A DNA stretch of 64,000 bases from Nitrososphaerales archaeon (GCA_038883135.1 JAVZMU010000001.1:2988-66987); one strand, 5' to 3'; shown: positions 47,278-57,573, counted from the stretch's first letter. Made by a program: numbers and translations. The notes: generated by a model from the letters alone, not told the origin.

Positions 47278-47991
47278 TTACTTGTAATGGGAACCTTCAC
47301 ATTGTAACTTCCTAATGATGCCTAAGCCTGATTTGCTCGCATAGTGCTTAATCGCTTGGCCCTTGGCTCTAAGTTCTTTTGCGAAATCATTGAACGCAGA
47401 GTTAGCTTCTATATCATCCGAAATTAAAAGCCCACCTACATTTATGAACGGCCAACTAACTCTAAATTCAAATAACATATGATCATAAGTATGTAGAGAG
47501 TCATGAATGAACACATCTATGCTTTTTAGACTCCGTAAAAGCTTGGGCAATTTCTCCTTACTATCACCTAGTATTAAAGTCCATGACCCTCTTAAGTTCT
47601 CAGGAATTACCCAACCTGGATCATATCCACTAGATAATGATGATTCAGGCTCAACGTTCGGAAGATCTATTGAGTAAAGATGTCCATAATCATTGTCATT
47701 TAATGCTTGGAGTATGAAGAGCGAGGAAATGCCAGAAGCAACGCCAGTCTCTACAACTATGGCTGGTTTGATTAATCTAATCAAGTAATATAAAAGGTGT
47801 GCTTTATAGAAACGCATACTTGATGGATCTGCATTTTTATAAATATCCAGTACTTTTTCAATTATTGGAATAATATTTCTATCTAATTGAATAAGACATT
47901 CATTTATATTTGTTCGCTTTCTTATTCCCAAAGATTTAATAGCATTGTTTAATATTATCTCTTCTTTTTTGATAATAGACTGCCTTTTCAT
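47278..47991 (-). CDS. Class I SAM-dependent methyltransferase (TylF/O-methyltransferase-like)
   Basis: VVETGVASGISSLFIL (motif I) and the DSLHTYDH region. 237 aa. Confidence 0.6.
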   Translation of the reverse strand: MKRQSIIKKEEIILNNAIKSLGIRKRTNINECLIQLDRNIIPIIEKVLDIYKNADPSSMRFYKAHLLYYLIRLIKPAIVVETGVASGISSLFILQALNDNDYGHLYSIDLPNVEPESSLSSGYDPGWVIPENLRGSWTLILGDSKEKLPKLLRSLKSIDVFIHDSLHTYDHMLFEFRVSWPFINVGGLLISDDIEANSAFNDFAKELRAKGQAIKHYASKSGLGIIRKLQCEGSHYK

Positions 47992-48220
47992 CTCCTAGAA
48001 GGTATTTTATAGTGACTATTGGATGTTTTGCTGCAAACTTAAATTTTGTAAATATACTCATCCCACTAACTCCTAATCTTCTAACCTTAGTAGTTGAATT
48101 AATCCCTTCTCCTCTATCATCTTGGCTCTTAAAATCTTTTCTTTACTCCTTAGCTTCATAAGTGTATGTACTAAGCTCTCATATAAGGCTAATCTAAAGG
48201 TGTAGATTAGTGTTAGGATG

Positions 48221-48922
48221 TTAAAATGGCTTCTTCTTTTTTAGTGAAAGAGCAAGATAATATGTATATATCAACATAGCACTTAAAGGCACTAACCCCC
48301 GAAGACCTCTTCTCAATTTACTTCCTGTTTTGTGCTGATAATATTCCATTGCTTCAAGATAAGCATAATGTATCAGCTTTTTAGGAAAAAATCCCCTAGA
48401 GTATGTAATATGTAATAGTCTTCAGGAAGATGACAAATATTCCCGTAAACCATTGGGAGTTCATGAACAAGCCCTTTAAAGGCTACCTTATCTCTTCTAA
48501 AAATCCTGACTTGTCTGTCAGGATAGAAGGGACCTAAAAGAGGTTTCTTATTATATGAGAGATTGATACGTATTATGCTAAATGCAGAGATGTTTTTCCT
48601 GCAGCTCTAAGAAGAGCCCTCATATTATCTTTAAGCTTTTTGCATAATCTCTCGTTGTCATCAAGATATAATATCCATTCATAAGAGGCTTTTTTAAGGC
48701 GAACATACGGTCTGGATCTGCATAACCCCAAGGGCGTCTTTGGCAAACCCTAGCACCAAAGCGTTTAGCTACTTCTACTATACTATCCATACTGCAGCCA
48801 TCTATTACGATGACTTCATCAACAACGCCCTTAATACGATCCAGTAAACTAGAAATTCTCCCAGCAGAATTTCTAGTAAAGGTAATGAAAGATATTTTCG
48901 TTATGTCTTCTAAGCACCCATC
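48221..48922 (-). pseudogene. Family 2 glycosyltransferase gene with at least three frame disruptions and no start codon
   Basis: Minus-strand pieces are ..ISFITFTRNSAGRISSLLDRIKGVVDEVIVIDGCSMDSIVEVAKRFGARV.. / ASYEWILYLDDNERLCKKLKDNMRALL / ..FYPDRQVRIFRRDKVAFKGLVHELP.. / KKLIHYAYLEAMEYYQHKTG... Together they form a GT2 with the DxD-like LDDNE motif. Confidence 0.6.
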
Positions 48923-49148
48923 TTATAAATAGCTTAACATCGACATAAGGATTCATAAATTATTTCAGCATCATCCATCTTCCTTATACTCTTAACGCAA
49001 TGCCTTTTACGCAAGAATGATGGTAGTCCCCTAATACCATCTAAGAAGCCCTTAATAGCAGATTTAGCGCTTAAGGCGTTTTTTAATAACAAATTATGCT
49101 ATAAGCCACCTACGAGTACTTCACCTACTCTAATAGGAGATGTTTAAA

Positions 49149-49568
49149 TTAGGTTCCGCCAAGAATAATTCTTAGCACACGTCCATAAGTTATTTCTAAT
49201 TCAATAGTAGTATAGCTTAGGATTGCTTTTCCCTTTCTCTCATTCTCTTCAATAATATTTAGCTTGATGTTTTCATGCTTCTCTCTCCATTCTTTTACTT
49301 TAATTATCGTTTCGTCTTTGCTTGCTGAATCTACGATAATAATATTTATCTCATCTTTCGGATAATCCTGTTCATATACGTTATCCAATTTCTTCTCAAT
49401 CAATTTTTCTTCATTGTAAGTTGGAACTATTACTGTAATTGGTAATATGTAATTTCTTTCAATTTTAAATTTCCATGGGTCATTTACGTGTCTCCTGAGG
49501 TAATAGTAGTAGATAAGAGGTATTGAGAAATGAGTAAGCCTAAGTGTGAGTGCTATTATGTCTAACAT
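49149..49568 (-). pseudogene. N-terminal fragment of a membrane-anchored family 2 glycosyltransferase
   Basis: ITVIVPTYNEEKLIEKKLDNVYEQDYPKDEINIIIVDSASKDET...ENERKGKA is a GT2 N-terminus. The ORF ends after 139 aa, before the DxD region, with unrelated tail residues. Confidence 0.55.
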
Positions 49569-49745
49569 GTTGTTTTAATTTAGTTGATAAAGTCTTCGAA
49601 ACACATGTCTTTTCAATAAACTCTCTTTCTCAAATCAACATCATGGAAAACAAATTTTCTCTTTATCGTTAATCTCATAGACAATTCTGTATTTTTCCAA
49701 CCCTTAAGTGGATCGATCAGCAGAACTCCAACATGAGGTTTCATA

Positions 49746-50000
49746 AGTATTTCCCTTTAACACCTTGTCTATAAATTCGATTAAATTCTCAGCGAGTTTA
49801 ACGAGTGTCTTAGCATCCTCACGTGTTTGCACAGAAGGTAGGTATCTAGATGTTATGTAAGCATCATCAATTGCTCTTAGCTTCTCCTCAACTCTTCTAT
49901 TATCCTTTTAGTCTTGCTATATGATGGATCAGAAAGCTCAAGGTATGTTAGCATTCCTATTGCAATAAGGCTTATTGCCAATTGACCTGATAGCAAGGCT
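49746..50000 (-). pseudogene. HEPN-domain gene remnant (frameshifted)
   Basis: Minus-strand pieces are ..GEALLSGQLAISLIAIGMLTYLELSDPSYSKTKRIIEEL.. and DNRRVEEKLRAIDDAYITSRYLPSVQTREDAKTLVKLAENLIEFIDKV. They follow the classical HEPN pattern (RY.....eeA..l..A). Confidence 0.4.
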
Positions 50001-50361
50001 TCACCATACACACTTACTAAAATAGGGTAAAGAACCTTTTACATCTACTTGTACATTAAAAGTTTCATTAGGATATATTAAATTCACTCCAGCCTCTACT
50101 ATGGATTTAACAACATCTTCATATTTTGATGACGTAGTCTCCACTACTGCAGTAAAATCTACTCCTGGTATTTTTGATATGGTTTCAGCCACACTGATAG
50201 GGTCCTTTGAATCTATTAGAATGATATCCTGCCTCATTTCTTTATTGGAGAAATATAATCCTGATAATTTTAATTAATGTAGAAATCTGCTTTGAAAGAA
50301 GTCTTTTAGACTGAATATCAACGCTTTCAGATAATGGAACGAGGACTTTATAACCCTCCAA
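50001..50361 (-). pseudogene. N-terminal fragment of a ThiI/THUMP-type protein (frameshifted and truncated)
   Basis: LEGYKVLVPLSESVDIQSKRLLSKQISTLIK runs to a stop. A second frame then gives MRQDIILIDSKDPISVAETISKIPGVDFTAVVETTSSKYEDVVKSIV....ETFNVQVDVKGSLPYFSK. Both resemble the ThiI N-terminal ferredoxin-like/THUMP region (..RIPGI.....v.....F.V.vkR.G.h.F.S). No PP-loop domain follows. Confidence 0.45.
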
Positions 50362-50528
50362 TTGAATCCGTTTTTCCTTTTCTTTTTTCTATTTTTAAAC
50401 TAGTCGAAAATTGTTACGTATACTCCTTATTGAATTTTTGATGAAAGAAAAAAGCTAAATTTAGCAACTTTATGTTATGGAAATTAACAAGATGTATAAA
50501 GGAAAATCTGAATAGATATGATATTAGC

Positions 50529-51158
50529 TTAATAGAGTTGATAATTCTTCCCAGACTCTATGCGTGTCTTCAACTCCTTGAGAAGAGGTTCATATACATC
50601 AAGCAGTTTTTCTACATATTGCATCCATATATGGATAATTGGTTGGATGCGATGTATTTTATAAGAATATTTCTTAAGAATATCCTCTAAATAATCTATC
50701 CATTCCTCTAACCTGCCGTCATTTGGTATGCGAACCATAATATCACTTGTTATTCTCTTGAATCCAAACTTTTGGTAGAACTTATCCAATATTTTCTCAT
50801 AACCGGGTTCAGATAAGAGAGTTAGTGCAATAAGAGTATCCCATTCCTCAATCAATCTTTGCATAATCATAGAACCTATGCCTTTTCCTCTATAGGGTCT
50901 AGCAACTTCTATTACATCTAGAGATTTAGCATTCGGTAGACCTCTCCAATCATTAATAACAGCGAAACCTATTATCCTATTCTTATCTAATGCTATCAAA
51001 ACATTAACTCCATCTAAAAGTTTCTGCTTTAAAAATTCTTTGAGTTCAATCTTGCCTTTCTCGTCAGAAGATTTCACACTCCATGTAAAACCATCTGCTA
51101 TATCAAAATTCTTTAGATCGGATATTGTTAGCTTTTTGATAACAATTAAATTCCTCAA
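50529..51158 (-). CDS. GNAT-family N-acetyltransferase
   Basis: IGFAVIN....VARPYRGKGIGSMIMQRLIE carries the acetyl-CoA binding R/QxxGxG motif. Confidence 0.75.
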   Translation of the reverse strand: MRNLIVIKKLTISDLKNFDIADGFTWSVKSSDEKGKIELKEFLKQKLLDGVNVLIALDKNRIIGFAVINDWRGLPNAKSLDVIEVARPYRGKGIGSMIMQRLIEEWDTLIALTLLSEPGYEKILDKFYQKFGFKRITSDIMVRIPNDGRLEEWIDYLEDILKKYSYKIHRIQPIIHIWMQYVEKLLDVYEPLLKELKTRIESGKNYQLY

Positions 51159-51897
51159 CTCAAGAAAAAATTATCAAATCAAGCATATAAATTAATCTAA
51201 CTAAGAAGATTATAATATATCTTATCCTTAATGTGGTTTGTTGTAAAACTTCGCTACTAGACAACAAAAGCATTTCTTATTCTGGGCTTTTACATTTTTC
51301 TGTCAAAGGAGCATGCAAATCTCTCCGTAGTTCTGAGATAATTATTCTACCGATTTTGTTGAACATAATGCGCATTGCCATTTTAGTTAATTATATAATT
51401 TAAAAAATTATAATTTGAAAATAAGATATAAGTTTCTTTTTTTTACCGTTCATAGTAATTGACTTTACCTTCACTTTTCCTTATAAATTCAATCTAATTC
51501 TTTTTGCGCATCTTTTTGACCTCAATACCGATATCATAATTGGTATAGGACTTTGCTGTTCTTGTTTATTTAGATATGAACGCAAAATTCTACGAATATT
51601 AGCAAACCAAGCGTATAGCGATATTCTAAGAAAGATCAAGGTGTAGCAATCTAACCAACCTAAAGAAACTAGTATGAAAAAGCGCTACAAAATGTGCAAA
51701 TACATTACAACTATTGATATTAAAAACATAGCCTGAATTTTATTTATGATTTCCTTGGTTGCATTAGAGTTTTGAACATGATTTATCAATAATAAAAAAA
51801 TTTACCGATTTTTTACACCTTAACAAATATCCCTAAAACTTGACAGAACCCTTAGGGGAAAACTATATTAAGCTACTTATTATTTAAACCTTCTTGG

Positions 51898-52344
51898 GTG
51901 AGAATATTAGGCCAAGATACGGTAAATATAGAAGAGATTCCTTGGGAAGGGGTTCCAATAAAACATTGCGAATTTATAAGAGCTGAGAGAAGATTTTCAA
52001 AAATGAATCCGTCAGAAGTTTGGGATACAATATACAATGTTACATTAACCAATTTAAGTGAAGAAGATAGGGATTTTATACTCAAAAACATTTCTCCTTC
52101 CTTTGAAGATTGTATTAAAGGATTGAGAGTTACCTACCTTTATAACTTGATGAAACTTATTACATATAGGTACAAACAGTATAAAATTAAGGAAATTAAC
52201 GCAGAAAAGAGCTCTGATTTGCAAAAGCGTGAAGAATATGCGCAAAGAGCTTTTAGTCATTATGAGGCGCTTAGGAGTCTTAAGAGACATTTAATTTACG
52301 GTAGGGATTTAATGCTTAGGGATATGCCAAAAGTTGAGGTATAA
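51898..52344 (+). CDS. Hypothetical protein (GTG start), upstream of the MtaA-like pseudogene
   Basis: 148-aa ORF with no family I recognise. It is preceded by about 740 bp without any ORF. Confidence 0.4.
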   Translation: MRILGQDTVNIEEIPWEGVPIKHCEFIRAERRFSKMNPSEVWDTIYNVTLTNLSEEDRDFILKNISPSFEDCIKGLRVTYLYNLMKLITYRYKQYKIKEINAEKSSDLQKREEYAQRAFSHYEALRSLKRHLIYGRDLMLRDMPKVEV

Positions 52345-52381
52345 CAAATGTTAAATTAAAGATATAATATAACTGTATCAT

Positions 52382-53405
52382 ATGCGGAAATTCACATCAA
52401 AACGAAGGGTTTTGGCTGCTTTATTGGGTGGAAAGGTAGATAGAGTACCTGTTACCTGTATGGGTGGATGTGGAGGAAGTGTCTCAATAAAGATTCAAGA
52501 AATAACCGGGATACATTGGCCTGAAGCTTTTAAAGACTCTAAGAAAATGAGTAGACTTGCGATTGAAAGTCAGAAGATAACAGGATTAGAATGCGTGAAT
52601 ATTGGTTATGAATTCAGTATATTGCCTGAAGCATTAGGGTGTGAAGTTAAGTATTATGATAATCCTGGACTCAAGCCAGCAATTATTAGCCATCCATTTC
52701 AAAGACCTGAAGATTTAAGGATGCCTGATGATCTTTTGGAAAGAGGTAGAATTCCTGTTATAATGGAAGCAATTCATCTTACAAGGAAAGAAGTTGGGGA
52801 TTTTCTTCCAATATCAAGCTTTATTTTTGGTCCTTATTCACTAGCTGGAGAAATAACTGAGCCTTTAAGATTAATAAAATTATCTCTTAAAGACCCTAAA
52901 ACTGCAAAGAAATTCATTGATTTTACTGCAGAAGTTATAATAGAGTATGGCAAGGCACAATACCGTGCAGGTTCTGATGTATTATCTTTAGGTGAACCTT
53001 TAGGGACGCCTGATAAAGCAGGTCCTGAAACTTTCAGAGAATTAGTTAAACCAGCTTTAATAAAAATAGCTGATAATTTAAAAGGGATAAGAAATCATGC
53101 ATTTATGTGGAGATGTAGAGAAATTCATACCAGAGATAGTCAATATAGGTTTTGATGCTATAAGTGTTAAACAGAGTGTTGATATTACAAAGATTAAACC
53201 AATCGTAGGTGATGTGAGGATTATGGGTAATGTTGAATCAAAAGGCGTATTGACACATGGTACTCCGGAAGAAGTGAGAACTATAGCAAGGAAAGCACTT
53301 GAGGCTGGTGTTAACATACTTGAACCAAGCTGTGGAATTGAGGCTATGATGCCTTTAGAAAACATAAAAGCTCTTGTTGATGAAGCTAAGAGATTTAAAT
53401 CTTAG
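52382..53405 (+). pseudogene. mtaA: MtaA/MtbA-type methylcobamide:CoM methyltransferase (uroporphyrinogen-decarboxylase family) split by a +1 frameshift
   Basis: ORF 52382..53155 (..RRVLAALLGGKVDRVPV.. ..ALIKIADNLKGIRN) continues in frame +1 as ORF 53097..53405 (MHLCGDVEKFIPEIVNIGFDAISV...ILEPSCGIEAMMPLENIKALV). The Zn ligands HxC and C are in the second piece. Removing C at 53096 restores ..GIRNMHLCGD... Confidence 0.7.
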
Positions 53406-53427
53406 AAATGATTTTTGTTATATGAAT

Positions 53428-53739
53428 TTAATCTATAAACAATATTTTAACATCCTTTTTTAATGCTAAACCGAATTCTGCTTCGATTGCTTTAAGTATG
53501 GCTAAAGGAATAGGACATGTTGGATGAAGCTTTACTTCAGAAGCAGCTTTATATATAATATTGTCATCCATTCTTCTTAACATCTCCCTCATGCTTACCT
53601 CGCTTATCCTTTTAGAAAGTTCTATAACGCTTGGGCAATCAGACTCAAGGCTTACAATAACTTTTGAATTTGATTTATTAGCTTGAATGATTACTTTTCT
53701 TTTACATGCACCTGGATTTACACTTACTTTTGTTGTCAA
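53428..53739 (-). CDS. Small Cys-containing protein of unknown function
   Basis: 103 aa with conserved-looking PGACK, SDCPSV and HPTCPIP motifs. It is convergent with the mtaA-like gene. Confidence 0.5.
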   Translation of the reverse strand: MTTKVSVNPGACKRKVIIQANKSNSKVIVSLESDCPSVIELSKRISEVSMREMLRRMDDNIIYKAASEVKLHPTCPIPLAILKAIEAEFGLALKKDVKILFID

Positions 53740-53863
53740 TGTGTTGCTCTATTCTCTTACTATACTTTGAGATTGGATTAATTAAACTTTTCAGAATTTA
53801 AGGCAAAGATATAAGTGGATAAGAAAAGAATTTAAAACTTAGTGAAAAGAAAGATTCGGCAAT

Positions 53864-54979
53864 ATGTTAAGTAAAAAGATAATAATTGATGAATTGAGAA
53901 AAGTGATAGACCCAGAGATAGGCATAAATATTGTAGACTTAAACATGGTAAAAAGTATAGAAGTAAATGAAAGTAAAGTAAGTGTTACAATTGCGCTTAC
54001 AGTACCTAACTGTCCTCTTGCTAACACTATAAAAGGTGATGTTGAAAAAGTTTTAATGAACATAGAAGGAGTAAAAAATGTTAATGTAGAATTAACTTCT
54101 ATGACAAAAGAAGAACTTAATACTCTTAAAAAGAGTATTCAAGAGAAAGGAGAGGTAAGAAGAAAAACCTCTTTAATAGAGAAGCTTGAGAAAGGGCGTA
54201 TAAGAAATTTAATTGCAATCGTCTCTGGAAAGGGAGGAGTAGGAAAATCTTTTGTGACTGGAATGCTTGCTATAGAATTAAGAAGACAAAGGCATGATGT
54301 TGGCATATTAGATGCTGACATAACTGGCTCAAGTATAGCAAAGATATTCGGTTTAAATAAAAAACCTATAAAAGGAGAGTTTGGAATAAACCCTGTATTA
54401 ACAGGATTAGGAATAAAAGTGATATCTATGAACCTTTTACTTGATGATCCTACTACCCCTATTATTTGGAGAGGTCCTATTATCAACTCTGCTATAAAGC
54501 AACTTTATCAAGATGTTGATTGGGGAGAACTCCACTATTTATTGGTAGATCTTCCTCCTGGTACGAGCGATGTACCTCTAACTGTATTCCAGTCCCTTCC
54601 TCTAGATGGAGTAATAGTTGTATCTTCTCCTCAAGATCTTGCATTAATGGTTGTAAAAAAAGCTATGAATATGGCAAAGCGCATGAATATACCCATCATA
54701 GGTCTTATAGAAAACATGAGTTATTTAGAATGCCCTAATTGTGGGGAGAAGATAGAGCTTTATGGACCTTCTAAGGGGCTTGAAGTTGCAAAAGATTTTG
54801 GGATACAATTCCTTGGTAAAATTCCTTTAGATCCTATAATTTCTAAATTATCCGATCAAGGTAAGCTTGAGGATTACTCTAACCCAGCCTTTACAGAGAT
54901 CACTAGAACCTTAAGACTTAGTTTAGAAGAAGTGGTTAAGAAAACAAGTGTAAGACAACCTATAGCTTGGTCAAGATGA
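53864..54979 (+). CDS. Mrp/NBP35/ApbC-family Fe-S cluster carrier ATPase with N-terminal DUF59 domain
   Basis: Deviant Walker A SGKGGVGKS, CPNCG (CxxC), and an N-terminal VIDPEIGINIVDLNMV (DUF59/MIP18). Confidence 0.85.
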   Translation: MLSKKIIIDELRKVIDPEIGINIVDLNMVKSIEVNESKVSVTIALTVPNCPLANTIKGDVEKVLMNIEGVKNVNVELTSMTKEELNTLKKSIQEKGEVRRKTSLIEKLEKGRIRNLIAIVSGKGGVGKSFVTGMLAIELRRQRHDVGILDADITGSSIAKIFGLNKKPIKGEFGINPVLTGLGIKVISMNLLLDDPTTPIIWRGPIINSAIKQLYQDVDWGELHYLLVDLPPGTSDVPLTVFQSLPLDGVIVVSSPQDLALMVVKKAMNMAKRMNIPIIGLIENMSYLECPNCGEKIELYGPSKGLEVAKDFGIQFLGKIPLDPIISKLSDQGKLEDYSNPAFTEITRTLRLSLEEVVKKTSVRQPIAWSR

Positions 54980-55028
54980 ATTAGTTTTAAGTCCAACTTT
55001 TTATAACCCAAAAATTTGTATTAGAATT

Positions 55029-55841
55029 ATGGAAACAAGAGTAATTCTTATCTCATATACTCCTAACCTTGAGAGAGTTTGCGCCTCAGCTATGAGGTCT
55101 TGTTACTCTCAACATCCATCATCTAAGTTTTATCTTAGAAAAGATCTATTAAGTGATGCTGATGTGGAAAGAATGCTGGAGAAGGCTCTTCAATTAGGAC
55201 ATTATGATGTAATGGAGCATGGCTCTTTAACCTATAGTTTAGAGAATGTTTCTAGAGTTTTAACTCATCAATTAGTGAGGCATAGAATTGCTTCTTTTTC
55301 TCAACAAAGCCAAAGGCATGTGAAAATAGGAAAGAATGAATGGTATGTAAAGCCACCATCCATAAAGAATGAAAAATTCCAAGTTAAAGTTAATAATACT
55401 AAAATTGAGCTTAGCTATGATGATTTTATGACTATTAGTGAACAAATATACAAAGCTTATTCAGAAATAGGTTTTCATAAAGAAGATGCTAGATTCGTGA
55501 TACCATCTGCATGTAAAACTAATATAACCATAACGGCAAATCCAAGAGAGTTCAGACACATATTTAGTCAAAGGTGCGATAGTGCAGCCCAGTGGGAAAT
55601 TAGAGATGTATCTTGGGCAATGCTTGCTCTTGCTAAGCTTGTAGCCCCAACTATATTCAAAACCCTTGACCTTCCTGCAAGTAAAGATAAATATGTATTA
55701 GAAAGATTGATTAAGTTGGATAAGTTACTTTTGAATTATAAATTATCTTTTGAGAAAGCAGAGAAGGGAGCTTTATTGGAAATAGATTTAAGCGATTTAA
55801 ATCTTTCCCATAAGGTTTTTTCCTATATTATAAAAGGCTAA
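55029..55841 (+). CDS. thyX: FAD-dependent thymidylate synthase
   Basis: The ThyX signature RHRIASFSQQSQR (RHRxxSxxxxSxR) is present. Confidence 0.85.
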   Translation: METRVILISYTPNLERVCASAMRSCYSQHPSSKFYLRKDLLSDADVERMLEKALQLGHYDVMEHGSLTYSLENVSRVLTHQLVRHRIASFSQQSQRHVKIGKNEWYVKPPSIKNEKFQVKVNNTKIELSYDDFMTISEQIYKAYSEIGFHKEDARFVIPSACKTNITITANPREFRHIFSQRCDSAAQWEIRDVSWAMLALAKLVAPTIFKTLDLPASKDKYVLERLIKLDKLLLNYKLSFEKAEKGALLEIDLSDLNLSHKVFSYIIKG

Positions 55842-55913
55842 AAGCAATGCTATCAAAGTTTTGGAAAAATTAGCTATAAAAGGTTAAACATAACATATTT
55901 TTGATTTTTATGC

Positions 55914-57323
55914 ATGGATAAGAAAAGGATAGAGAAGGATTATCTTGGAGAGAAAGAGATACCTGAAGATGCCTATTACGGTATTCAGACTTTAAGAGCT
56001 ATAGAGAATTTTCCTATTAGCGGAATAAAAGCTCATCCAGAGTTTATAAGAGCTACTGCTCTAGTAAAGAAAGCTTGTGCTGAAGCAAATATGATGATAG
56101 GAGACTTAGATGAGAGAATTGGAAAAGCAATTATAAATGCTGCTGATGAGATAATAAATGGTAAATATCATGACCAATTTTTAGTAGATGTATTTCAAGC
56201 AGGAGCGGGAACCTCTCATAACATGAATGCCAATGAAGTTATTGCAAACAGAGCTATAGAATTATTAGGAGGTAAAAAAGGAGATTATAGAATCGTTCAT
56301 CCTAACGATCATGTAAATATGGCACAATCTACAAACGATGTATTTCCTACGATAATGCGAATTTCTTGCCTCTTTTTAATTCAAAAATTGATTCTTGAGC
56401 TAAAAAATCTTGAGGAAGCTTTTAAGAGAAAAGCGATAGAGTTTGATAAAATCGTAAAACCTGGAAGGACTCACCTCGAAGATGCTGCACCTATCAGGTT
56501 GGGTCAAGTTTTTAATGCTTATGCTTTCATAATTTCTGAGAATATTGAGAGAATAGAGAGGGCATCTATTGCTTTAGAAGATTTGAACATAGGCGCAACA
56601 GCAGTTGGTACAGGCTTAAATGCAGAGCCAGAATATGTCAAGCTAGTTGTGGAAAAATTAAGAATGTATACTGGTCTAAATCTTCGTAGTGCTAAGAATT
56701 TAATAGCGAAAACTCAGTCTATGAGTGATTTTGTAGAATTATCAAACGCTCTTAAAACATTAGCAGTAGATATGATTAAAATTGCCAATGATATTAGATT
56801 GATGAGCTCTGGTCCAGTTACAGGATTGAACGAGATAAATTTACCTGCAGTCCAGCCTGGATCATCCATAATGCCTGGTAAAGTGAATCCTGTAATTGCA
56901 GAAGTTATGAACATGGTAGCCTTTCAAGTGATAGGAAACGATTTGACAATAACTCTTGCATCACAAGCAGGGCAACTTGAGCTTAATGTTATGATGCCTG
57001 TTATCGCCTTTAATTTGATACAATCTTTACATATATTGAAGAATTCCATACATGTATTTACAGAAAAGCTCGTATTAGGAATTACTGCCAACGAGAAAAG
57101 ATGTAGAGATATGGTAGAGCGTAGCCCTGGATTAGCTTTAGCATTAAACCCATACATTGGCTTTGATGCTACTGCAAAGATTGTTCAAGAAGCTATAGCT
57201 AGTAATAAAACCATAAAAGAGGTAGTATTAGAGAAGAGATTACTTCCTAAAGATATTATTGATAAAATTCTTGATCCTTACGCTTTAACTGAACCAGGCA
57301 AGAAAAAAGCAAAACAAAGTTAA
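55914..57323 (+). CDS. aspA: Aspartate ammonia-lyase (fumarase/aspartase superfamily)
   Basis: GSSIMPGKVNP signature. The N-terminal YYGIQTLRAIENFPISG and the C-terminal region resemble AspA/AspB rather than FumC (WGAQTQRS). Confidence 0.75.
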   Translation: MDKKRIEKDYLGEKEIPEDAYYGIQTLRAIENFPISGIKAHPEFIRATALVKKACAEANMMIGDLDERIGKAIINAADEIINGKYHDQFLVDVFQAGAGTSHNMNANEVIANRAIELLGGKKGDYRIVHPNDHVNMAQSTNDVFPTIMRISCLFLIQKLILELKNLEEAFKRKAIEFDKIVKPGRTHLEDAAPIRLGQVFNAYAFIISENIERIERASIALEDLNIGATAVGTGLNAEPEYVKLVVEKLRMYTGLNLRSAKNLIAKTQSMSDFVELSNALKTLAVDMIKIANDIRLMSSGPVTGLNEINLPAVQPGSSIMPGKVNPVIAEVMNMVAFQVIGNDLTITLASQAGQLELNVMMPVIAFNLIQSLHILKNSIHVFTEKLVLGITANEKRCRDMVERSPGLALALNPYIGFDATAKIVQEAIASNKTIKEVVLEKRLLPKDIIDKILDPYALTEPGKKKAKQS

Positions 57324-57573
57324 GATAATTTTTGCTTCAGCTTAGGGAATAAGTACTGATTTTCTATATGGTCCTCTTTTCCTCTTTTTAGCCTTCCTCT
57401 TTTCTTCTAATTTTTTTACTAATTCTCCCTCTAAGCTCTCTTTATTCAATCTTAATAATAATTTCCGAAAAATTATTTAAATTTTTGAAGAGTAGCTGAA
57501 TTTTAGATTATATGTTACAGGAAGATATATAAGTGATTAAAGATAAATTAAGCATTATTTAGGTTGGATTTTT

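Noticed and set aside
51841-52344. TAG at 51853-51855 upstream and in-frame of ORF 51898..52344 as a pyrrolysine codon of a methylamine methyltransferase
   Set aside because: A TGA stop lies only four codons further upstream (51841-51843). The downstream protein shows no resemblance to MtmB, MtbB or MttB as I remember them.
53078-53365. 95-aa minus-strand ORF
   Set aside because: It is antisense to the 3' part of the mtaA-like gene, whose plus-strand translation carries the conserved HxC...C zinc-site motifs.
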